60,556 nt of DNA, from positions 1-60,556 of the forward strand of contig CAYFFQ010000002.1 of NCBI GenBank assembly GCA_964342465.1. Direction: 5' to 3'. The position numbers and the translations under genes are program-made. This document shows positions 19,623 through 27,069 of the stretch, one piece after another (position 1 is the stretch's first letter; each line of letters starts with the position of its first letter). The notes below the pieces were generated by a model. That model was given only the letters and a program-made list of their open reading frames with translations. It made no database searches and was not told the origin of the DNA. This stretch comes from an uncultured Candidatus Poseidoniales archaeon (GTDB taxonomy: Archaea > Thermoplasmatota > Poseidoniia > Poseidoniales > Thalassarchaeaceae).

Positions 19623-19791
19623 GGTTCAGGATTCCAATTCATCAATTTCTCACTCAATCGCAGTTTCGGTTGAATGGTCGGCATGGTAGTCGTGGTTCAG
19701 GATTCCAATTCCTCGATTCTCACTCAATCGCTGTTTCGGTTGAATCTTCGGCATGGTAGTCGTGGTTCAGGATTCCAACTCCTCGATTCTC
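19623..19791. repeat. 70/71-bp tandem repeat (about 2.4 copies) containing the 3' end of the upstream gene
   Basis: GGTTCAGGATTCCAA anchors at 19623, 19694, 19764; on the minus strand each copy encodes (R/I)-x-E-L-E-S-stop. Confidence 0.92.
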
Positions 19792-20021
19792 CGCTCAAGC
19801 CGAGCCATCTTGCAATAGGCATCGACCATGATGGCGAGAAACATCGGTTCCATCGGTTCTGATGTCGGCATCATCCCACCTGCTGAAGCGCGCTCCCGCA
19901 CCGATTTGGCCATCTTGTCCAAAGCGAGTTTGTCCTCCGTCCGCAGAGCCCTCCTGAAGTTGTTCCAAGCGACCATTCTCTCCTCTATTCTCATGCGCCA
20001 TGTCGATACTGTGCGACCCAT
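19767..20021 (-). CDS. Small alpha-helical PolB2-associated protein (arCOG07300-like)
   Basis: MGRT..TWR, FRRALRTEDK pattern, helical, directly upstream of polB2; family recalled from memory. Confidence 0.7.
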   Translation of the reverse strand: MGRTVSTWRMRIEERMVAWNNFRRALRTEDKLALDKMAKSVRERASAGGMMPTSEPMEPMFLAIMVDAYCKMARLERRIEELES

Positions 20022-20071
20022 GCACTTCTCCTTGAGGACGAGGTAGTAGACGGTATCTCACGCACCCGCAC

Positions 20072-20090
20072 CTCACCTGCAAAGTGAAAG
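20072..20090 (-). promoter_or_regulatory. Candidate DNA-damage-response box upstream of the small gene-polB2 unit
   Basis: Minus strand CTTTCACTTTGCAGGTGAG; a second CACTTTCAC lies 20 bp upstream (20104-20112). Confidence 0.5.
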
Positions 20091-20231
20091 TGTTCTATCG
20101 GTGGTGAAAGTGGTTGTATGCAGGCAGTAACAACACCACTAGAGAGTCAGTAATTCTATGAAAATGAAAGGGCGAAACTTTCGCCTATTTGTTGGCCGAG
20201 ACATCATCTATCGTCAAAGTTCACATTCCTG

Positions 20232-21266
20232 TCAATGTCTGAAACCCGACCAACGGGATGAAGCGGGTGGCCTCGTTATCGCCAGAAAACGCCAACTGTC
20301 TTCAATTCTCAATCCACAAAGCCAAGTCTTGTGAACGCCGTTGGCGAGCCGAGCGGCGAGACAGGCCTGACCCCAATCCCTAGGTGCCAACCAGTATGGT
20401 TGCAGTAACCATTCAGCGTGCCTTTCACCGATTTCTGATTCGTACAGCCGCCATCTAGTGCCATACTTGAATCCAGACCGAGGCAGCAACCCACGCGCCA
20501 GCACCGCCTTCAAAAGAGCCACGCTCTCCGCATGACCACTAGATTCACAGAGGAGCGCAACCTCGTCATCTTCCAACCAAGCACCTTCAGGTAGAGGTGA
20601 AGCGAGTTGGACAGGCAATTTCTGGCTACCGATGTAAAGTGCGCCACAGCCGGTCTTCACCAATTCTTCGTTGAGGTCATTCATGGCATCGAAATCGATT
20701 GGGGGATGAATGCCTCTCGGCTCTTCGGGACTTACTCTATAGGTAGTTACGCCGAACTCTTCGTCAACGATGAGCACCTCGGCGATGCGGCCAAGAGAAT
20801 TCACTTCACAAGCCCAGTGAAAGAGTCTGGAATAGTCAATCGGTTCAAACTCCCTGACCCAGATGACCTCTGATTCGGGAAGGTCGCTCTTCACCTTGGC
20901 TCCCCTCCCCCAGCGCAGCGCCCAACTCCCCTCAGAAACAATTACATTGAGTGCGACATGTTCTATGTTTTCTCGCAGGATGACTTTTTCACCCGGTACT
21001 CTCATCGCTTCAAGTGCTGCGGCCTGATGGAGAAGGGTGTCGTCCTCTCGCAACATCTCTTCTATCCAACCTTCGCCAGTTATCATGTGTCGATGACGGA
21101 CACAGAAGATGACTTCAGAGGGGTGAAGGAGCAAACTGTTTTCCACGCCCATCCTGCCGATGGCGGATTTATCGAAGAGTCTCTGAGCGGCCCCTCCATG
21201 CAGTACCCAACCATTCTCCTCGAGAGAAGGTGGGCCGATGGAGCGTGCTGGAGAGGTCATGCTCAT
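20232..21266 (-). CDS. endA: tRNA-splicing endonuclease, two-unit (alpha2-like) form
   Basis: C-terminal RSGFKYGTRWRLY...HAEWL...RLANGVHK with Tyr/His/Lys triad; N-terminal unit with EVLIVDEEFGVTTY. Confidence 0.85.
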   Translation of the reverse strand: MSMTSPARSIGPPSLEENGWVLHGGAAQRLFDKSAIGRMGVENSLLLHPSEVIFCVRHRHMITGEGWIEEMLREDDTLLHQAAALEAMRVPGEKVILRENIEHVALNVIVSEGSWALRWGRGAKVKSDLPESEVIWVREFEPIDYSRLFHWACEVNSLGRIAEVLIVDEEFGVTTYRVSPEEPRGIHPPIDFDAMNDLNEELVKTGCGALYIGSQKLPVQLASPLPEGAWLEDDEVALLCESSGHAESVALLKAVLARGLLPRSGFKYGTRWRLYESEIGERHAEWLLQPYWLAPRDWGQACLAARLANGVHKTWLCGLRIEDSWRFLAITRPPASSRWSGFRH

Positions 21267-21398
21267 CCCTTAACCCCGAAGGGTGTGACCATTTTTATTG
21301 AAGGCTTTCATTGTCCAGAACGATTCACCCACCTCAAGAATAGGCGAGAAAGTCCTCCCCGACATACCTCAGTTTGATAGAGTAAGTGCACATAGGGA

Positions 21399-22190
21399 TT
21401 GGTGATTGTGATGGCGTCCAAGGGTAGATTGGGTGAATACACCGTTGAACAACGGGTCCTCATTCACCTATCAGAACACCGTCTCGCTCGTTCACGGTGG
21501 GAAGGCAAGACCGAACAGACCCAATCGGGAATCGCTGCTGCAGTTGGAATTGCGAGGAAGCACCTGCCGCGCACCCTGAAGGCGCTGATGGCGCAGGAAC
21601 TCGTTGAAATGGAGACGAGGCATGTTCCGGGCGCCCGTCAAAGATGTCGGATTTACTTCCTGACGCCAGCCGGTGTGGCTGCGGCGGCGCCGATGCATGA
21701 TGAACTCGGTGAAAGAGAGATAGTAGAAGCTGGTGTGACAACGACTGTAGCAGCCCTCGCAAAACACGATATCCCCTACCTCGAGATTCTCGCTCATCTC
21801 AATTCTGATGGCGTCTTTGACTCTGAAATGCATGCGACTGACATAGAGGATGACGACCCTGGTGCTGACCTCTATCGCAAGGTCCTCCATCGCGCTTGGG
21901 GGGATGGGAAAATCACCGAGGATGAGAGAGGAATGCTGGACGACATCTCCATCCATCTCGGACTCGAGCCCGACATTGTAGAGAGCATCGAGAGTGAAGT
22001 CAACTCTGAGAGAGTCGATTCTCCCTCACAGCAGACGGAGACATATCTCAGTGTCCTCGCCATCGCTTGGCAAGACGGATACATCTCCACTGATGAGCAG
22101 GCGATGTTGGACACATTGGCAAAATCTCTCGGCATATCTCCCGAAGACGCACGTGAGGTGCAAGAGAAGTGGATATCCCAAAATGGCTGA
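21399..22190 (+). CDS. Winged-helix protein with two TerB-like helical domains
   Basis: TQSGIAAAVGIARKHLPRTLKAL...RIYFLTPAG wHTH; repeats AWGDGKITEDERGML..LGL and AWQDGYISTDEQAML..LGI. Confidence 0.7.
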   Translation: MVIVMASKGRLGEYTVEQRVLIHLSEHRLARSRWEGKTEQTQSGIAAAVGIARKHLPRTLKALMAQELVEMETRHVPGARQRCRIYFLTPAGVAAAAPMHDELGEREIVEAGVTTTVAALAKHDIPYLEILAHLNSDGVFDSEMHATDIEDDDPGADLYRKVLHRAWGDGKITEDERGMLDDISIHLGLEPDIVESIESEVNSERVDSPSQQTETYLSVLAIAWQDGYISTDEQAMLDTLAKSLGISPEDAREVQEKWISQNG

Positions 22191-22323
22191 CCGGCGACTA
22201 CCCACCGAACTGAGCCTGCTACCTCACCCCCTCGCCATGACCTCCACATACCTCACCTAGACACTCTGCACGCATGGGTCACTACCGGACGCGCCCTCCG
22301 TTTGCAGGACTTTGGGGCCAGCG

Positions 22324-22428
22324 GGTGAAGTTGATGAGTAGATTGGTTGATTTGGCGACATGATGGTGGTGTTCTCATCCAACATCAATTCTGGTGTAGT
22401 TGATGAGTAGATGGGTTGATTTGGCGAC
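22324..22428. repeat. 36-bp direct repeat, 2 copies, 33-bp unique gap
   Basis: GGTG(A/T)AGTTGATGAGTAGAT(T/G)GGTTGATTTGGCGAC at 22324-22359 and 22393-22428. Confidence 0.9.
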
Positions 22429-22462
22429 TCCACCTCGGGCGTGGTGAAGAGGGTGAGAGAGA

Positions 22463-23518
22463 GTGCTCGACGAGATGGTCCAGAAGGAGATAGACATTCT
22501 CCGCTCACTTCACACTCTGGTGGACAATCCAGGGGATAAACCGGTCATTCTCATGGGTGATGTCATTCTCGACAGGTACTTCCGAGGGTGGACCAACCAC
22601 CTGAACTCCTTCGCACCAGTCCCTGTGGTGAAGGTGATGCAGAAATCTGAGAGTGCTGGCGCTGCGGCTCATATCGCCAGAAGCCTCGTCAATCTCGGCT
22701 TGGATGTGAGATTCTTTGCTCTCCTAGGTGGTGACGAACATGGACAGGTCATCGCTCAGCAATTGCATGAGGAGGGTGTCAACACATCTGACATCCGCCT
22801 CGCAACTCACATGTCGACTGTGGCGAAGACTCGCATCTATGGTTCGAGGGAGAGCCTCATTGACCGTGAACAATTGATTTTACAGTTTGACGAGGAGTCC
22901 AACGAAGAATATCCATCCTCGGTTGTCAAGAAATTGACCAATTCGGCTTGCGCTGCTCTGCCTGGGGCGGCAGCGGTGGTTCTGAGCGATTATGGGAAGG
23001 GAGTCATCAGTGACGAAGGGGCGGCACAGGTCATCGCTACGGCGAAGGCCGCCGATGTGCCGGTCATCTGCGACCCCAAACTGACGGGATTGCATCGGAC
23101 TGTCGCTGCTACGGTAGCGATTTTTGAAATCCGCGGTCTCGAACTTCTAAGGAGAAGGAACAATCTTGCGGATGCGGCGGCGACGGCCGCCCACTTCATC
23201 GCTCGAAACGAATGGGAGGGTATGCTCGTCCTCGGTGGCGAGCATGGCACTTGGCTCTATCAGAAGGATGAGGAACCACTCCACCTACCCTGCCTCATCG
23301 AAGTTCCACAACAACTCATCGGTCTCCACGATGCCGCGGCCACAGCGATGGCGGCTGCTTTAGGCGCCGGTATGAGCCTCAGCGAAGCGGCGCGGCTCGC
23401 CAACGCCGCCTGCGAATGCGTCTTGGCATCAGAGACGAGCCGTGTTGTCCTTGAGACCAAGAAACTGATGACGCGGTTGGATGAAGTCGCTTGGCACTTC
23501 CAGATATCCGACCGATGA
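22463..23518 (+). CDS. PfkB-family kinase, RfaE/HldE domain I-like, divergent
   Basis: GDVILDRY, APVPVV, TVAKTRI, VVLSDYGKGV, ICDPK; GAGD motif replaced by GLHD. Confidence 0.8.
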   Translation: MLDEMVQKEIDILRSLHTLVDNPGDKPVILMGDVILDRYFRGWTNHLNSFAPVPVVKVMQKSESAGAAAHIARSLVNLGLDVRFFALLGGDEHGQVIAQQLHEEGVNTSDIRLATHMSTVAKTRIYGSRESLIDREQLILQFDEESNEEYPSSVVKKLTNSACAALPGAAAVVLSDYGKGVISDEGAAQVIATAKAADVPVICDPKLTGLHRTVAATVAIFEIRGLELLRRRNNLADAAATAAHFIARNEWEGMLVLGGEHGTWLYQKDEEPLHLPCLIEVPQQLIGLHDAAATAMAAALGAGMSLSEAARLANAACECVLASETSRVVLETKKLMTRLDEVAWHFQISDR

Positions 23519-23593
23519 GGCAGCAGAAATGAGTAGAGGCGCACACGATTGCTGTTCACACCGCGTTTCATGCGAGAACAGAGGTGTCATTCC

Positions 23594-24064
23594 ATGAGTT
23601 GGTGGGAATTTCCTACGACTGCTGATTTCGGGGTGTGTGCGTTCGCACCCTCACCTGAGCGCCTCTTCGAGGAGATTACACTCGGAATGCAGCACCTCCT
23701 CATCTCCGAGAGTAGTCGGCGATACCAAGGTTTGACACGGCATACGGGAACATGGCGTATTTTGACGAGGGGTTCACTTGACAATACCCTTGTGGCATGG
23801 TTGGAGGAGGTTCTCTACAAGTGTGAGGTCGAGGGTCTTTGGTTGGTCACTCTACAGGTGCAATTTGATGAAGATGAGGTAAATGCTCAGATTTCCTATG
23901 TGCTAGAAGAGGAAGTTCAGAGGCAAGTGGAAATTAAGGCTGTGACCCGCCACGCACTGCTGTTCAGGGAACTAACCAGTGGAGAGGAGTTCACCTGCGA
24001 CTCACCTGATGTACCAGTGATGAGTGGACCGGGATGGGTGGCTCAAGTGATTTTCGACATATGA
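23594..24064 (+). CDS. Archease
   Basis: EFPTTADFG, LVAWLEEVLY, EIKAVTRH, C-terminal VIFDI; start ATG 23594. Confidence 0.88.
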   Translation: MSWWEFPTTADFGVCAFAPSPERLFEEITLGMQHLLISESSRRYQGLTRHTGTWRILTRGSLDNTLVAWLEEVLYKCEVEGLWLVTLQVQFDEDEVNAQISYVLEEEVQRQVEIKAVTRHALLFRELTSGEEFTCDSPDVPVMSGPGWVAQVIFDI

Positions 24065-24123
24065 AAGAGGTAATTCATCCCTCGTGAACCAACATTAAGT
24101 AGGTCGAGAATCCTGCTTGAAAT

Positions 24124-24559
24124 GTGGGTATAGAGGTATGCTCCAATTGTCTCTCTCCGGAGATATTCCCTCATATGGGATTCGAGTTGGGAAAAATATA
24201 CCAATGCAAGGTCTGCGGCCACATCAGCCCATTGACAATTGAATTTGACAATCAAGATGCTCTGAAGTCTGCCCGTGATGAGTTCCCGAAATTCGCCCTC
24301 AACGGTGAGAATCAAGCATCATCAGCAGCCCATACATTGTTGATTGCGGAAGACAACGAGCCGCAAATGGGAATTCTGAAAATGCTGTCCGATAGTCGGC
24401 CTCGGACTTGTCATTATCGGATTGGGCGAGTTTGTTATAGGAGGAAACCGAGCCGCTTACCAACCAATAATAGTCGGGGCGACGGTCATTTTATTTTCGG
24501 TTGGGGCGGGAAAGATTCAATCTCATCTTCGTGCCTTCGGAAGAAAAAATCGGGACTAA
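24124..24559 (+). pseudogene. Zn-ribbon plus 2-TM protein with an apparent +1 frameshift at 24379-24382
   Basis: CSNC...YQCKVCG N-terminus; the +1 frame after the AAAA run gives two TM-like helices and TAA at 24557-24559, whereas the unshifted ORF runs antisense through the SRP RNA. Confidence 0.55.
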
Positions 24560-24639
24560 TCATTCTTGTTGCAACCCCTGCGATAACCTATCCGAATTGG
24601 AGGGAACCGATTCAATTTTCAGATGTTGTATGGAAAAGG

Positions 24640-24940
24640 GTGGGCGCGCCCGAGGTGGACGCTCGTTTCCGCTTCCGTAAATGCCCCCGTCTTCTCAACC
24701 CCGGTACCCCAAGGCACCCAAGGTCCCGAGTTGGGCTGCTCCATTCCTGGCCTCACCTGATTCCCCGGCGTGCGGTGTTAGCAGATTCCCTCCGGAATCC
24801 GTTCTACCAACCTGAGTCACTTGGGGGCGAGGTATCATCGTCCACGGTTGCTACTTCCACGGCTCGTCTGCGCCGCCCCCGGGCTTCGGACCACCAGTTG
24901 CGATTTGTGATGCAGGGAACGCCAACTCCCCTCCTAGCCC
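24640..24940 (-). ncRNA. ffs: Archaeal SRP (7S) RNA
   Basis: 5' GGGCTAGG...GGCGTTCCCTGCA Alu-like start, helix 6 GATTCC-GGAG-GGAATC, helix 8 AGG-CCA-GGAA-TGG-AGCA, 3' GCCC complementary to the 5' end followed by CCCTTTT; about 300 nt; ends approximate. Confidence 0.92.
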
Positions 24941-25221
24941 ATACTATCCGCCGCATCGGTTCCATTTGAACCTCGCGATTAATCTCGGTCACCACCTCTG
25001 TCGTGTGGCGCCTGAGGGAAACAGTGCTGCTTGCAAGATTCGCTCCGAGGATCATTGTCTCCTCTCCCGTCAGAGGGGTCAGAGGTGAAATCAGTAGCAA
25101 CATCTTTGCTTGCTTGTTGTTGAATGAATTGCGCTCAGGCAACACATCCCACTCCGCCGTCTCTCTGTATGGTCTGGTTCGAGATGGCTCGTGGTGTCAG
25201 ATGGTTAATTCTGGAAGCGGA

Positions 25222-25599
25222 TTACTCAGCCTCATATTTTGATGGACAACCGGTGATTATCTCATCAGCGCTGAGGGTCCAACCATCATCATGGTGAAGG
25301 AGTTCTCCTTTCACTGCAACCACTCTTCCTTCGCTGAAGGCTGGTGGTATGGCTACTCCCGACGAGTCGACAGTCAGGTTGTGAGATGTACCGGAGAGGA
25401 GAAAGGTGTTGTTCTGAGCGTTGAACGAGTCGATGGCGACGACTCCGCGCAGATGCACCTGTCCATCATCGTACTCTTCGGGAGAGGCCATCACTTCATC
25501 GACACTGTACTGGACCTCTGGCTCGTTCCCAAGCAACACCACAGCCAAGGCTGAGACGATGAGCAACCCGACCACGCCGAGCCGCACCCGTCGCGACAT
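25222..25599 (-). CDS. ccmE: Cytochrome c maturation protein CcmE (CxxxY variant)
   Basis: N-terminal TM, OB-fold VHLRGVV, PPAFSEG..VAVKG, terminal GCPSKY; start moved to ATG 25599. Confidence 0.85.
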   Translation of the reverse strand: MSRRVRLGVVGLLIVSALAVVLLGNEPEVQYSVDEVMASPEEYDDGQVHLRGVVAIDSFNAQNNTFLLSGTSHNLTVDSSGVAIPPAFSEGRVVAVKGELLHHDDGWTLSADEIITGCPSKYEAE

Positions 25600-25650
25600 T
25601 CCCATGGTCAAAGGCGAACAGCGGTGCATCATAAACCCGCCCACACCACG

Positions 25651-25876
25651 ATGACAGGTCGCTGTCGGTTATGGCGAGACGACTATGTGACAATTCACGC
25701 ACACCTCAATGACAGGTCGCTGCCAGACATGGCTTCTCGACTCTCGGCCAATTCACGCACATCCCGATGGCAGTTCGCTGTCGGTTATGGCGAGACGACT
25801 ATGTGACAATTCACGCACACCTCAATGACAGGTCGCTGCCAGACATGGCTTCTCGACTCTCGGCCAATTCACGCAC
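25651..25876. repeat. 58-bp x4 higher-order (ABAB) tandem repeat
   Basis: Unit starts at 25651, 25709, 25767, 25825; conserved ATGACAGGTCGCTG and CAATTCACGCAC flank alternating 26-nt cores. Confidence 0.93.
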
Positions 25877-26030
25877 GAATCGATAAAGAATGCAAGGTCA
25901 TCGACGGGGAAAACAAGAGAATGTTCGCTTCCCTTGGTTTGACTTCGGACTTTGAATATCAGTGAACGGTCAGAGACTGAAGAAAATTCAGCAGTCGGAG
26001 CAGAAAGGGCCCATGCCGAATGAAGAGCGC

Positions 26031-27017
26031 TCACTCCCCTCCATCTACCCCGAAGTCATCCTGCACCAGCAGCCATTCGCCTTCCATTACTGGGCCTTGA
26101 CGACAGGTGAGCCTGTCGCCGACCATGCATAGACCGCAGACAGTAACTGAACACGGAAGGTATCTCTCCGTAGCTGCATAACACTCCACTCCTGCATCCA
26201 ATGCCATCTGCAGCACCGGTTTCATCATCATTTCCGGCCCGCAGGTGAGAAGAATGGTTCTCCTCCCATCTAAATCCCCAAGGAGAGCGGCGAGAGGGGT
26301 CGTCGGGTAGCCGTGAACACCTGCCGAACCGTCGTCGGTGGTTATGGTCAGTGTGTCACAGAGCGCCTGCATCCTCTCCACATAATGCATCTCATCACGG
26401 TTGCGGAATCCCATGATGGCGTGGATTTCACAGCGGCTTCCAAGTTTCCGGCGCGCCTCACGCGCCGCCATGTGCATGGGAGTAGAACCGATGCCGCCAG
26501 AAACGAGAATCAGACGGCACTCACCATTGGGAATTTCAAAATAAGTCCCGAAGGGGCCTCGCAATGCGAGCCAATCCCCTCTCTCCATCTTCGTCAACTC
26601 TCCAGATTGTCGCCCGAGCGATTTGACGGTCAGGGCGATAGAATGGCGCCCCCCGGTTCCACTGTCAGGAAGGGTTTGTGCATCAATTCCCGCAAGGTCC
26701 TCCCGCATGTCTCCGACGCTGTACGGTTTTTCGGATGAGTAGTTCTTCCTCTCCATTCCACCTGTGGAATCATAGGGATTCCAACACATGAAGTATTGAC
26801 CAGGGCGATAGGCTGCAGCGAGTTCTTTTGGCACTTCAACCCACAGTGTGCTGACTCCTTCGCACTCCTTTTCAACCGCCAATATGGGTAGGGGTATAGG
26901 GGTCTTGACTTGGCCATATGCTAGGTATTCATCTCTCAGCCGGTCTGAGCAGACCTTGGCTCTCGCGGCCAATCTGTGCTCGCCAATACCCTCCTCTGGT
27001 TGGCCGACCTCACTCAC
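26031..27017 (-). CDS. pyrK: Dihydroorotate dehydrogenase electron transfer subunit
   Basis: PGQYFM, EKPYS, LRGPFG, GGIGSTP, TDDGS.G, TCGPEMMM, ERY..CSVTVCGLC...C.QGPV; start moved to GTG 27017 (GAGGTG upstream). Confidence 0.9.
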   Translation of the reverse strand: MSEVGQPEEGIGEHRLAARAKVCSDRLRDEYLAYGQVKTPIPLPILAVEKECEGVSTLWVEVPKELAAAYRPGQYFMCWNPYDSTGGMERKNYSSEKPYSVGDMREDLAGIDAQTLPDSGTGGRHSIALTVKSLGRQSGELTKMERGDWLALRGPFGTYFEIPNGECRLILVSGGIGSTPMHMAAREARRKLGSRCEIHAIMGFRNRDEMHYVERMQALCDTLTITTDDGSAGVHGYPTTPLAALLGDLDGRRTILLTCGPEMMMKPVLQMALDAGVECYAATERYLPCSVTVCGLCMVGDRLTCRQGPVMEGEWLLVQDDFGVDGGE

Positions 27018-27069
27018 TTTCCCACCTCGCAGTCGTTGATGATGGCGGTGAAGTGGGGTAGAGAATGCA

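Noticed and set aside
15302-20021. PolB2 module as a provirus or casposon
   Set aside because: No integrase, Cas1, terminal inverted repeats, capsid or protein-primed PolB features; the flanks are housekeeping genes.
24640-24940. RNase P RNA or tRNA interpretation of the structured region
   Set aside because: No GAGGAAAGTCC-type RNase P core or cloverleaf; helix 6 (GGAG loop) and helix 8 (GGAA loop) identify SRP RNA.
24124-24969. 281-aa ORF as one real protein
   Set aside because: Its last ~110 codons are antisense to the SRP RNA and the sequence after residue 86 is not protein-like; a frameshift model fits better.
25651-25876. CRISPR array call for this and the two-copy repeats at 3196 and 22324
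   Set aside because: No cas genes, only 2-4 units, a different repeat at each locus, and the cores at 25.7 kb are duplicated and related to each other. Reported as repeats only.
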